Positions 7,634 through 16,760 of a stretch of DNA of 32,000 nt are shown here, piece after piece. The DNA lies in the NCBI GenBank assembly GCA_027460535.1, contig JAPZAR010000011.1, positions 180,001 through 212,000 of the forward strand, read 5' to 3'. The notes under the pieces were generated by a model. The model saw nothing but the letters and a program-made list of their open reading frames with translations. It did no database searches and was not told the DNA's origin. This DNA comes from Candidatus Methanoperedens sp. Its GTDB lineage: Archaea; Halobacteriota; Methanosarcinia; Methanosarcinales; Methanoperedenaceae. Position numbers and translations under genes: made by a program. Numbering within the stretch: the stretch's first letter is position 1; each line of letters starts with the position of its first letter.

Positions 7634-9565
7634 CTATATCCAGCCAATCCTTTCAATCGCCAGAGCCCCGAGGCGAGCAATGGTATCAAATACAACCTTA
7701 TTTTCGGGGGTAAGAATCTGAAGAGGAGCGTCGAAATGAAATCCCACAACACCCTTTACGGTATCTGCCGTTTTCATGGGAAGATAGTACGCCCATGCTT
7801 CGGGTAGTGTGTCCGTGCCCATGCCTGCAGGTTCGCCATTGAGCCAGACCCAGTTTGCTATACCAAGTTCTTTCGGGTTTATCTGAAACCTCTCGGTAGA
7901 AGCCCTGACCGAAATTTGTCCATTTTCGGGAAGAAAAATAGCCATATCGCATGGGAAAATTTGCCTTGTATGGCGAATCATCAGATGTAAAACCTGATCA
8001 ATGCTCCGGGCAGTGACAAGGTCCTGGCTTAATTCATATAAAGTTATAGTTCTGGACTCGCTCTGTTGAAGCTGATGCACCTTGTATTGAAGATTGGACG
8101 CAAGATTGCTAATTACAAAGGCAAACGCAATGAACATGAGATAAGATAAAAAATACCTTACATCTGAAACGGCAAAGCTGAAATACGGTGGAATGAAGAA
8201 ATAATCAAAAATGAGAACGCTTAAGACTGCTGCAAAGATAGACGGACCTCTCCCCATGAAAATGGCGATCAATACAACAGGTAGAAGCATTAAGAATAGT
8301 AAGTTAATCGGACCAAGAATGTCTCTCAAAAGAAAACCGAATAAAGAACCAAGAATAACAGCAACTGCGCTTATGAAATAATTTAGCGGGCTGATCATAC
8401 CTATTTTTTTCTCAGGTACAGGTTGTTCGCTCTTGCCTGCAAAGAGGAAAACATCGATATCTCTTGTACGCACCATGATCTTCCGGGCCAGAGAAGGAAA
8501 CAATCCAAAACGCCTGGGTTTGCCCATTACGATCTTTGTAACATTATGGCTCTGTGCATACCGGGCGATTTCCTCAGCAACATCATCCCCTTTGATCCAG
8601 ACGACACGTGCACCCAGCTTTTCAGCGAGATCCAGGGTATTTTTAAGCCATTCCTGTTCTTTATCTGATAACTGCCCATGTTTGACAGTTTCTACATAGA
8701 GCGCTATCCATTCTGCATTCAGTTCAGAGGCTATGCGAAAGGCTGAGCGGACCAGTTGCTCCGCATAAGGACTGGCTAATACTCCCACCAGGATACGCTC
8801 TGTAGCAGACCATGGCCCCCCGATTGCATGCGCCCTCATGTACTGAAGCATTTTTTCATCTACGCTGCCGGCTACAAGCCGCAATGACATTTCACGAAGT
8901 GCAAGCAAATTCCCAGGCTTAAAGAAACGCCTAACAGCATTTTCCGCCATATCTTTTGCATAGACCTTTCCTTCTTTCAATCGTTTCAGCAACTCCTCAA
9001 AAGGAAGATCTACAAGCTTGATCTCATCCGCCAACTGGAAAAAAGTGTCCGGGATAGTTTCACTGACACGGATTCCTGTTATACGGAAGACGGTGTCATT
9101 TAAACTTTCCAGATGCTGCACGTTCAGGGTCGAATATACATCAATTCCTGCGTTCAGGAGCTCTTCTACGTCCTGATAGCGCTTGGCATGGCGGGAATTG
9201 GGAACATTTGTATGGGCTAATTCATCAACAAGCACAATCCTGGGCCGCCGCTCAAGAACACTTTCTAAATCCATCTCCGCAAGCTGTACCCCTTTATATT
9301 CAGAAACAATGAGGGGAATGGTTTCCAGACCCTCCAGGAGTGTTTCGGTTTCTGCCCTGCCGTGTGTTTCAACGTAACCAACAACAATATCTATTCCTTC
9401 CTGTCTACGCATTCTGGCATCAGAGAGCATGGAATAGGTTTTCCCGACACCGGGTGCGGCGCCAAAATAGATGGTCAGTTTTCCACGTTTTTTGGCTGTT
9501 TCTTCCTGTTGTGCAATTGCCAGGAGAGATTCTGGTTCCGGTCTTTTATCTTCTGTATCTGTCAT
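7634..9565 (-). CDS. kdpD: KdpD-like sensor lacking the histidine-kinase core (KdpD-N with Walker A, USP domain, 4-TM DUF4118-like domain, GAF-like domain)
   Basis: GAAPGVGKTYSML and LVDELAHTN mark the KdpD N-domain. The USP-like segment is ILVGVLASPYAEQLVRSAFRIASELNAEWIALYVE, followed by TM helices. The protein ends right after the GAF-like segment, and no H-box or HATPase motifs are seen. It sits 6 nt downstream of kdpC. Confidence 0.85.
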   Translation of the reverse strand: MTDTEDKRPEPESLLAIAQQEETAKKRGKLTIYFGAAPGVGKTYSMLSDARMRRQEGIDIVVGYVETHGRAETETLLEGLETIPLIVSEYKGVQLAEMDLESVLERRPRIVLVDELAHTNVPNSRHAKRYQDVEELLNAGIDVYSTLNVQHLESLNDTVFRITGIRVSETIPDTFFQLADEIKLVDLPFEELLKRLKEGKVYAKDMAENAVRRFFKPGNLLALREMSLRLVAGSVDEKMLQYMRAHAIGGPWSATERILVGVLASPYAEQLVRSAFRIASELNAEWIALYVETVKHGQLSDKEQEWLKNTLDLAEKLGARVVWIKGDDVAEEIARYAQSHNVTKIVMGKPRRFGLFPSLARKIMVRTRDIDVFLFAGKSEQPVPEKKIGMISPLNYFISAVAVILGSLFGFLLRDILGPINLLFLMLLPVVLIAIFMGRGPSIFAAVLSVLIFDYFFIPPYFSFAVSDVRYFLSYLMFIAFAFVISNLASNLQYKVHQLQQSESRTITLYELSQDLVTARSIDQVLHLMIRHTRQIFPCDMAIFLPENGQISVRASTERFQINPKELGIANWVWLNGEPAGMGTDTLPEAWAYYLPMKTADTVKGVVGFHFDAPLQILTPENKVVFDTIARLGALAIERIGWI

Positions 9566-9571
9566 TAAAAT

Positions 9572-10138
9572 CTACTTCATACTGTCCAGAGCGAGATTCA
9601 ATTCCAAGACATTAATACGTTGCTCACCTAAGAACCCGAACTGCCTGTTCTCAATGTGCTCAACCACCAGTTTATTTAACGTATCTTCGCTGAGATTACG
9701 TGCCCTTGCGACACGGGGTATCTGTACCAGAGTGGATTGCACGCTGATGTGAGGATCTAAACCACTCGCCGAAGCCTCTACTAAATCCGAAGGTACCGGA
9801 GACTGTATGCCGGATGACTTCAGTAGCTCTGTTCTATTGGAAATTTGGTCTATCAAATCCTTATTTGTAGGTCCGAGATTTGAGCCTCCGGAAGCCAGGG
9901 GATTATATGGATAGCCTGAAGTAACTGAAGGACGCGGCCAGAAGTATTTTGGGTCTGAAAAAGGCTGCCCGATCAGGGCTGAACCTGTGATGTTACCGCC
10001 AGAATCGTATAGGAGGCTTCCCCCCGCTTCTTTTGGGAAGAATAACTGCGACAGTACGGTTACTGCGACGGGGTAGATAACACCGACAAGCACCATCAGG
10101 ATTGCAAAGAGTTTTAGCGTGGTCTTTATGTTTTTCAT
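9572..10138 (-). CDS. kdpC: K+-transporting ATPase subunit C
   Basis: N-terminal TM helix, then GSALIGQPF, ASGGSNLGPTN and ASASGLDPHIS, which are KdpC signatures. Confidence 0.9.
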   Translation of the reverse strand: MKNIKTTLKLFAILMVLVGVIYPVAVTVLSQLFFPKEAGGSLLYDSGGNITGSALIGQPFSDPKYFWPRPSVTSGYPYNPLASGGSNLGPTNKDLIDQISNRTELLKSSGIQSPVPSDLVEASASGLDPHISVQSTLVQIPRVARARNLSEDTLNKLVVEHIENRQFGFLGEQRINVLELNLALDSMK

Positions 10139-10150
10139 TCCCTGTCCTCT

Positions 10151-12229
10151 CTAGCGCATAAACGCGCTTATTACAATATCAATAATTTTTATCCCTATAA
10201 ACGGCGCTATTATTCCGCCGAGCCCATAGATGAGAAGGTTGTACATCAACAACTTTTCAGCAGGCATCGGGCGGTATTTGACGCCTTTCAATGCAAGTGG
10301 TATTAGCATGGGGATAATGATCGCATTAAAAATAACAGCCGACAGGATCGCGCTGTACGGGTTCGCAAGATGCATGATATTGAGAATATCCAGTTGAGGA
10401 TAGATGGAAACCATGGCTGCAGGTATGATGGCAAAATATTTTGCAATGTCATTGGCAATGCTGAACGTTGTCAGTGTCCCACGTGTTATGAGTATTTGCT
10501 TGCCGATTTCAACAATATCCATTAACTTGGTCGGGTTACTGTCCAGGTCTATTATATTTGCTGCTTCCCTCGCAGGCTGTGTTCCTGTGTTCATTGCTAC
10601 AGCCACATCCGCCTGCGCAAGTGCCGGTGCATCGTTCGTACCGTCCCCTGTCATGGCTACCATATGACCCTGCTGCTGGTTTTCACGAATCAAGCGAAGC
10701 TTGTCTTCAGGTTTTGCCTCTGAAAGAAAATCATCCACACCAGCTTCTGCTGCAATAGCTGCTGCTGTAAGATAGTTATCGCCAGTGATCATGACAGTCT
10801 TGATACCCATTTTCCGCAACTGCACAAATCGTTCACGGATGCCGCCTTTTAGAATGTCCTTGAGATGTATCACGCCCAGGATTTGCGCGTTATGACATAC
10901 GACAAGAGGTGTTCCGCCTGATTTTGCGATACTTTCCACCTTCGGTTCAAGTTCAGGGGGCACATTTCCTCCTTTGCTTTTAACATATTCCGTGATCGCA
11001 TCGGAAGCTCCTTTACGATACGATTGCCCGTCAATATCAACCCCGCTCATGCGTGTCTGGGCGGTAAATGGAATGGATTTCGAAGTGTGAGGTAGCGCGG
11101 TCAACCGCATCTGGTATTTCTTTTTTGCAAGTACTACAATGCTCCTTCCTTCGGGCGTCTCATCAGTCAGCGATGCAAATAGTGCTGCATTGGCAACTTC
11201 CTGCTCGGAACGTCCCGTCAGCGGAATAAATTCCACCGCCTGCCTGTCACCCAGGGTAATTGTTCCTGTCTTATCGAGGAGAAGGATATCTACATCTCCG
11301 GACGCTTCAATGGCTCTCCCCGAAAGGGCTATCACATTTTTCGCAAAGAGCCTGTCCATGCCCGCAATCCCGATAGCAGGAAGGAGTGCTGCAATCGTTG
11401 TCGGCGCCAGACAAACAAAAAGCGCTATAAGGACTGTAATCGAGACTGGAGCCCCATGTCCCGCAGCCTGGATGCTGTATATGGATAGGGAGCTGAAATT
11501 GATAACCACGAGCAGGAAGACCGCTGTTAACGATATCAGCAGTACTTCCAGTGCGATCTCGTTGGGGGTTTTACGGCGCTTTGCACCTTCAACCATGGCG
11601 ATCATCCTGTCCAGGAAAGCCTCACCCGGATTCGCTGTTATGCGCACGATGATCTGGTTGGAAATGACTTTTGTCCCGCCTGTTACAGCGCTTCTGTCTC
11701 CGCCTGATTCCCGGACGACCGGGGCTGATTCGCCTGTGACAGATGATTCGTTCACGAGGGCTGCACCTTCAACCACTTCACCATCGCCGGGAATTATTTC
11801 CCCCGCTTCCACGAGTATATAATCCCCTTTATGGAGGTTTGCAGAAGAGATAAGCTCGTATTTTTCTTTCGACCCCGGATCGCCCAGCCTTTTTGCCATT
11901 ACTTCTGTGCGTGTTTTACGAAGCGACTCGGCGCGTGCCTTTCCCCGCCCTTCTGCAAGCGACTCTGCAAAGGTTGAAAAAATCACCGTCAGCCAGAGCC
12001 ATAAGGATACAGCTCCTGTGAACCAGGAAGATTCGCCTGATTTAAAAAATAAGCCTGCAAAGAAGCTGGCAGTAGTAATGATGCTTCCGAACTCCACGAG
12101 TAACATGACAGGGTTTCGCCACAGGCTGAGGGGATTTAGCTTTTTTAACGAATCCAGTAATGCCTGGCGTAAGAGTTCTGGTTCAAAGATTGTTATATTT
12201 TTTGTCTTAGTCATATTATTGACCTGCAT
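10151..12229 (-). CDS. kdpB: K+-transporting P-type ATPase subunit B
   Basis: DKTGTIT phosphorylation motif, [27 protein letters not shown] and TGES. 692 aa. Confidence 0.95.
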   Translation of the reverse strand: MQVNNMTKTKNITIFEPELLRQALLDSLKKLNPLSLWRNPVMLLVEFGSIITTASFFAGLFFKSGESSWFTGAVSLWLWLTVIFSTFAESLAEGRGKARAESLRKTRTEVMAKRLGDPGSKEKYELISSANLHKGDYILVEAGEIIPGDGEVVEGAALVNESSVTGESAPVVRESGGDRSAVTGGTKVISNQIIVRITANPGEAFLDRMIAMVEGAKRRKTPNEIALEVLLISLTAVFLLVVINFSSLSIYSIQAAGHGAPVSITVLIALFVCLAPTTIAALLPAIGIAGMDRLFAKNVIALSGRAIEASGDVDILLLDKTGTITLGDRQAVEFIPLTGRSEQEVANAALFASLTDETPEGRSIVVLAKKKYQMRLTALPHTSKSIPFTAQTRMSGVDIDGQSYRKGASDAITEYVKSKGGNVPPELEPKVESIAKSGGTPLVVCHNAQILGVIHLKDILKGGIRERFVQLRKMGIKTVMITGDNYLTAAAIAAEAGVDDFLSEAKPEDKLRLIRENQQQGHMVAMTGDGTNDAPALAQADVAVAMNTGTQPAREAANIIDLDSNPTKLMDIVEIGKQILITRGTLTTFSIANDIAKYFAIIPAAMVSIYPQLDILNIMHLANPYSAILSAVIFNAIIIPMLIPLALKGVKYRPMPAEKLLMYNLLIYGLGGIIAPFIGIKIIDIVISAFMR

Positions 12230-13949
12230 GCATGATCATATGCTCAACAATCGGTCCCAGCGACAGGGCAGGAAAGAACGTAAGGGCTCCGACTATCAGA
12301 ATAACAACGGCAAGCCATAAGACGAATGTAATCTGATGTGTTGGGAGGGTACCGATGCTTGGCGGGATATATTTTTTCTTCGAAAGTGACCCGGCCATGG
12401 CAAGTGCTGCTATTGCAGGAACAAATCTGCCGATAAGCATTGCAATGGCTGTTGACAGATTATAAAAAAGGGTATTGGCATTAAGTCCTGCAAATGCGCT
12501 GCCGTTGTTATTGGATACAGAGGCAAAAGCATAGAGCACTTCACTTAAACCGTGCGGGCCGGGGTTCAGGATTGAAGAAATTCCTGCCGATATTACCAGT
12601 GCAATAGAAACAAAAATGAGCACCAGGATGCCTGAGGTGAGGACGATCAACACCGATGTCCACATCTCAAAGACCTCTATTTTTTTGCCAAGATATTCCG
12701 GCGTCCTGCCTATCATGAGACCTGCAATGAAAACCGCTATGATTGCAAAGGCAAGAATAGTGTAAAGCCCTGACCCTACACCGCCGGGAACAACTTCACT
12801 TAATAGTATAAGCAGCATCGTGACCATTCCGCCTATTGGCGTTAATGAATCATGCATTGCGTTCACAGCGCCGGTGGAAGTAGCAGTTGTACTGACGGCA
12901 AAGAGAACCGTGCCGCCGATCCCGAACCTGACCTCTTTACCTTCCATATAAGAACCATTGACACCGGGCTGCACAAGCGGGTTGCCACTATACTCAGACC
13001 AGTACATCACTCCAAGGAACACTATGAACAGCAGCATCATCGCTGCAAATATTGCCCATCCCTGCCTGGTATTGCCCGCGAAGCGTCCGAAAGTGTACGT
13101 AAGAGAAAAAGGGATGAGAAGGAGAAGAAGTATTTCCAGAAAATTGGTTAAAGGAGTGGGGTTTTCAAAAGGATGTGCTGAGTTTGCATTGAAAAAACCG
13201 CCGCCGTTCGTCCCAAATTCTTTTATTGCTTCCTGGGATGCAACAGGTCCCATGGGAAGCATCTGATTGCTGATGCTTTGCCCGTCCGGTGTTAGGAAGG
13301 ATTGGACAAGCGAAATATTTGCATAAGGATCAAAATTCTGGATAGCGCCCTGGGAGACCAGCAGCAGGGATGCAATGATAGCAACGGGCAGCAGAATGTA
13401 TAATACACTTTTAGTCATATCCTGCCAGAAGTTCCCAATGGTCTGGGAAGTATGCCTGGTAAAGCCGCGGATTAAGGCGAGAGCTACACACAAACCTGTA
13501 GCAGCCGAAAGAAAATTCTGGACTGCCAGCCCTGACATCTGGGTGAGGTAACTTGCTTCCGATTCACCGCTATATGCCTGCCAGTTGGTATTTGTAACAA
13601 AACTGACGGCTGTATTGAGTGCAAGATCAAGCGAAAATCCCGGGAACCCCTGCGGATTGAGAGGAAGGATGCCCTGGAGCAGCAGTATCAGGAACAGGAC
13701 GATTATTCCAAGACAGTTAAATAAGAGCATTGCCTTTGCATAATCTTTCCAGTCCATCTCTTCATCATGCTTTATGCCTGCCGCTTTGTAGATCAGATTC
13801 TCAAGAGGCACCAGGACGGGACTTAAAAGAGTACGCTTACCCTGATATACGTTCGTTATATATGTCCCTACAGGCTTAACAAGCAGGGTCAACACTATCA
13901 GGAAAAATAACATCCCACCGATATCAAAAAAGATTTCCATGTCCGGCAT
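12216..13949 (-). CDS. kdpA: K+-transporting ATPase subunit A (channel-like subunit)
   Basis: 577 aa polytopic protein with KdpA selectivity-filter-like segments ([41 protein letters not shown]). It overlaps kdpB by 14 nt. Confidence 0.95.
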   Translation of the reverse strand: MPDMEIFFDIGGMLFFLIVLTLLVKPVGTYITNVYQGKRTLLSPVLVPLENLIYKAAGIKHDEEMDWKDYAKAMLLFNCLGIIVLFLILLLQGILPLNPQGFPGFSLDLALNTAVSFVTNTNWQAYSGESEASYLTQMSGLAVQNFLSAATGLCVALALIRGFTRHTSQTIGNFWQDMTKSVLYILLPVAIIASLLLVSQGAIQNFDPYANISLVQSFLTPDGQSISNQMLPMGPVASQEAIKEFGTNGGGFFNANSAHPFENPTPLTNFLEILLLLLIPFSLTYTFGRFAGNTRQGWAIFAAMMLLFIVFLGVMYWSEYSGNPLVQPGVNGSYMEGKEVRFGIGGTVLFAVSTTATSTGAVNAMHDSLTPIGGMVTMLLILLSEVVPGGVGSGLYTILAFAIIAVFIAGLMIGRTPEYLGKKIEVFEMWTSVLIVLTSGILVLIFVSIALVISAGISSILNPGPHGLSEVLYAFASVSNNNGSAFAGLNANTLFYNLSTAIAMLIGRFVPAIAALAMAGSLSKKKYIPPSIGTLPTHQITFVLWLAVVILIVGALTFFPALSLGPIVEHMIMHAGQ

Positions 13950-14317
13950 AATGTACCCTTGTTACAACTAATTTTAATAACTTCAACCTGTCATGTTACC
14001 TACATTTATTAAAGTTTTGGGAGGAAACACCAAAAAATACTTCTCCAGAGACTTCATACTCATTTACCTTAGCCTTGCAAGCCCTATGAATAGCACACTT
14101 CATGTGTCTTTATCTTCTGCAGCTGTTTTGATCTTTACCTTCTCAATAAATCTTTTATTAACTCAAACTTTTCTTTAACTCTATTATTCACCTGATTTTT
14201 TAGGTTTTAGTTTATGGATTCATGATCTTAACTTATGGTTCCGGTGATGATGTAAAATCTTTTGGTCTTAAAGTTGTTCGGAAGGTTTTTGCTGAACAAA
14301 GACGAACCGAGACGGGA

Positions 14318-14394
14318 CACAGATTGCACAGATGATACGGATGCGCACGGATTGAAATTATCCGTGAAAATCCGTCAAATCCGTGTCATCTGTG
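14318..14394. repeat. Dyad-symmetric array of eight helically phased heptamers (4x CAC[A/G]GAT, centre, 4x ATC[C/T]GT[G/C])
   Basis: Left boxes lie at 14318-24, 14327-33, 14336-42 and 14346-52. Their mirror boxes lie at 14360-66, 14370-76, 14379-85 and 14388-94. Spacing is 9-10 bp and the symmetry centre is about 14356 (tTGAAATTa). Confidence 0.7.
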
Positions 14395-14406
14395 TTCCAT
14401 TCATAA

Positions 14407-14817
14407 TTGTCCAACACCAAACATAAAAAACAGCGATTGATATTGGGAGTGGCCATTGTTATAGTGATATTGGGATACCTGGCTTTTAATGGAGTGGCTT
14501 CGAACCAGTATGAGGTCAGTGAGGCCGTGGCAGCAAAGGAAAATCTGGCAGGTAAAATGATCAACGTAAATGGGTCAATGGTCACGGGCACAGACAACTG
14601 GGATGCGCTCAACCGTACACTGACATTCAAAATGACGGATGGGAAAGAGACGATCGATGTTATTTCAATTGGCAACAAACCCGATATCCCGCCAGGTTAT
14701 ACGAATATTCAGGTTGTTGCTACTGGGCAGTTCGACGGTAATGTGTTCAAAGCCTATAAGATGCTCACAAAATGCCCCTCCAAATACCAGGCTTCACCGG
14801 GGGACATCGGGAAATAG
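14407..14817 (+). CDS. ccmE: Heme chaperone CcmE, archaeal Cys-type variant (CxxxY instead of HxxxY)
   Basis: N-terminal TM anchor RLILGVAIVIVILGYLAF, an OB-like body (INVNGSMV...VVATGQF) and C-terminal KCPSKY (Cys123...Tyr127, nt 14773-14787). Only a TTG (14407) or a nearby GTG can serve as a start that keeps the anchor. Confidence 0.7.
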   Translation: MSNTKHKKQRLILGVAIVIVILGYLAFNGVASNQYEVSEAVAAKENLAGKMINVNGSMVTGTDNWDALNRTLTFKMTDGKETIDVISIGNKPDIPPGYTNIQVVATGQFDGNVFKAYKMLTKCPSKYQASPGDIGK

Positions 14818-14870
14818 ATGTAGTTAGAGTTCACGGAAAAATAACTTATCCAATTTTATTCATAATTCCT

Positions 14871-14915
14871 GAAAACAAATCCGCGTTCATCTGCGTTAAT
14901 CTGCGGTTTGTTTTC
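14871..14915. terminator. Hairpin between convergent ccmE and fpoO; candidate bidirectional terminator carrying three 10-bp-phased ATC[C/T]GCG boxes
   Basis: gaaaacaaa (14871-79) pairs with tttgttttc (14907-15). The stem extends with ccgc (14881-84) pairing gcgg (14903-06). Boxes lie at 14879-85, 14889-95 and 14899-905. T-runs follow on the + strand. Confidence 0.4.
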
Positions 14916-14947
14916 CAAAATACTGCTATTTATTTTTAGGCAAACTC

Positions 14948-15295
14948 TTAGTGGTGCGCTTCTTCCTTTTCAGCTTCCCTTCTTTTTATGGTATCCTCAC
15001 AGGCCTCGAAGCAGCTCTCACAGATTGCCTTATCGACCTCTCTGTGATAGGGTTCCTGGAAAATCGGCACCTGCACCTTGACCAGGTAAAGTGGTGAGTT
15101 TTTTATCCCGCACAGATCGCATTTCTTTCCATTTACAGGCACCCTGTTAAGGTTTGCCTGATGGCAGCTCTCCAGGCTCTCTTCGCTGATACCTTTCCAT
15201 GTGCCAGTCGGATAGGCTGCCTTCACTCCCGGGTCATTCACTTTCACGGGGCACAAAGTTGGTCTTGCCACGCCGGACAATTCACAGTCTGCCAT
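14948..15295 (-). CDS. fpoO: F420H2 dehydrogenase subunit O-like small Cys-rich protein
   Basis: It starts 1 nt downstream of fpoN as the last gene of the operon, which is the position of fpoO in Methanosarcina fpoABCDHIJKLMNO. It has 8 Cys, including CDLCG and CESCFEAC. The call rests on synteny and size, not on sequence recall. Confidence 0.6.
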   Translation of the reverse strand: MADCELSGVARPTLCPVKVNDPGVKAAYPTGTWKGISEESLESCHQANLNRVPVNGKKCDLCGIKNSPLYLVKVQVPIFQEPYHREVDKAICESCFEACEDTIKRREAEKEEAHH

Positions 15296-15296
15296 T

Positions 15297-16760
15297 TTAA
15301 CTCACTCCTAATACTCTTGCCGCTGCCAATGCCCAGTTAATAAATGGCTCGGGGTAAACGCCGATCCCGATCGTCCCGATCACCGCAAGCACGATCGCTA
15401 TTACGTACGGTGTTGGCTCTTTGATCCTTTCGCCGTTAGGCTCATGCACGTACATGTACTTTATAACGCGGGCATAGTAATAGATGGAGAGAGCACTGTT
15501 CAGGATGGCCACAATCACAACAAAGAGGAGCCAGCTGCTCGCCTGCCTTACTGCTTCTATCGTTATCGAATAGAATATAACGAACTTCCCGATGAAACCC
15601 GCAGACGGCGGAATGCCTGCCAGTGCCAGGAAAAATACTAGCAACGAGAATGCAGTTATTGGCGCGCGTTTACCAAGCCCTGCGAAATGAGACAGGTCAT
15701 CGGTGTTCTTTGCATTCTTGTCATCGGATAAAACCATGTAACCCACCACGGCTACGGCGATGAAAGCCCCGCCTTTCATCAGGGCATGGCCAAGAGCCAG
15801 CAGTATCCCTCCTCCTATGGACATCTGGGTCGTGACAACGAATGCAAGTGATATGTAACCTGCCTGGGCTATCGAAGAATAGGCAAGCATGCGCTTGATG
15901 CTTTTCTGGGAGATCGCTACGACATTGCCGTATGTCATCGTAATTATTGCAAGGATAGCAAAGGCCAATTGGAGATCGATGCGGATCGCAACAAGGGCAA
16001 GAACGAGTATCCTGAATGCTGCAACAAAACCCATCTTCTTAGACCCAGCGGCAAGGAGAGCAGACACAACACTCGGCGAACCTTCGTATGTATCCGGCGC
16101 CCACATGTGGAATGGGACAAGCGCCATCTTGAAACCAAATCCTGCAATAAGGAACATCATGGCGATTATGTCAAGGCCGACAGCAGGGCCTGTCCTGTAA
16201 TACTCGACGATCGCCGGAATATTCGTGGAACCTGTTATACCATATACGAGAGACATGCCGAACAACATCAACGCCGAAGAGAGGGAGCCGATAATGAAAT
16301 ATTTTAAAGCCGCTTCGAGCGATGCCGGGTTCTTTTTCTCAAAACCCGCAAGTACGTACGTCGACATGCTCGCAAGTTCAAATCCCACAAAGAGCGCCAG
16401 CAGATCATTTGCTGAGGCAACGACCATCATTCCCACTGTCGCAAGAAGAAGAAGAGCATAATACTCATCCTGGTTGCGATTGTTCTCAAAATACTTTATC
16501 GAGGCTATCACGGCCAGAAGCGATACGACAACGAATATTAACTTGAAGAACTGGGATAAGGGATCGATAACTATAGCATTATAGAAAAAACTCCCCTCGC
16601 CTTTTGAACCGATAATATATATGAGCGCTGCGGCAAGACCGGCAGCACTTATGTATCCCAGCACATTCTTGGATTTGTCCTTCATCAGGAGACCGAGCAG
16701 TACAATTACCAATCCCATTACTGTGAGCAGTATCTCCGGTGCGAGCAATGCATAATTCAT
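15297..16760 (-). CDS. fpoN: F420H2 dehydrogenase subunit N (NuoN-like antiporter subunit)
   Basis: 487 aa polytopic protein with NuoN-like motifs (FKMALVPFHMWAPDTYEGSP, KRMLAYSSIAQAGY). 4-nt overlap with fpoM. Confidence 0.9.
   Translation of the reverse strand: MNYALLAPEILLTVMGLVIVLLGLLMKDKSKNVLGYISAAGLAAALIYIIGSKGEGSFFYNAIVIDPLSQFFKLIFVVVSLLAVIASIKYFENNRNQDEYYALLLLATVGMMVVASANDLLALFVGFELASMSTYVLAGFEKKNPASLEAALKYFIIGSLSSALMLFGMSLVYGITGSTNIPAIVEYYRTGPAVGLDIIAMMFLIAGFGFKMALVPFHMWAPDTYEGSPSVVSALLAAGSKKMGFVAAFRILVLALVAIRIDLQLAFAILAIITMTYGNVVAISQKSIKRMLAYSSIAQAGYISLAFVVTTQMSIGGGILLALGHALMKGGAFIAVAVVGYMVLSDDKNAKNTDDLSHFAGLGKRAPITAFSLLVFFLALAGIPPSAGFIGKFVIFYSITIEAVRQASSWLLFVVIVAILNSALSIYYYARVIKYMYVHEPNGERIKEPTPYVIAIVLAVIGTIGIGVYPEPFINWALAAARVLGVS

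Noticed and set aside
7570-7752. 60-aa minus-strand ORF spanning the spacer and the kdpD 3' end, and the 7698-7952 ORF
   Set aside because: Both are out-of-frame overlaps with the well-supported kdpD reading frame and show no independent signals.
6623-9617. The kdpD duplication as an assembly or collapse artefact
   Set aside because: The two copies differ at many scattered positions, and a unique 74-nt spacer (7569-7642) separates them. Misassembly of identical repeats would not produce a diverged, exactly in-frame variant. Read-level confirmation is still advisable.
11139-11822. 227-aa plus-strand ORF inside kdpB. Similar long antisense ORFs lie at 18812-19774 (320 aa) and 18801-19265 inside fpoL, at 2694-3254 and 3621-4070 opposite glnA/nrpR, and at 15969-16307 opposite fpoN.
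   Set aside because: All lie fully opposite genes with unmistakable family motifs. Their translations are low-complexity (S/A/R/P/H/C-rich) with no motifs, which is typical of shadow ORFs.
13950-14110. Search for kdpF upstream of kdpA
   Set aside because: The only minus-strand ORF there (ATG at 14102, 36 codons, MKCAIHRACKAKVNEYEVSGE...) is hydrophilic, unlike the single-TM KdpF peptide.
13950-14310. Possible riboswitch (for example c-di-AMP/ydaO-type) in the long kdp upstream region
   Set aside because: I could not recognise conserved riboswitch cores or convincing nested helices by eye. The question is left open, and a covariance-model scan (Rfam) would decide it.
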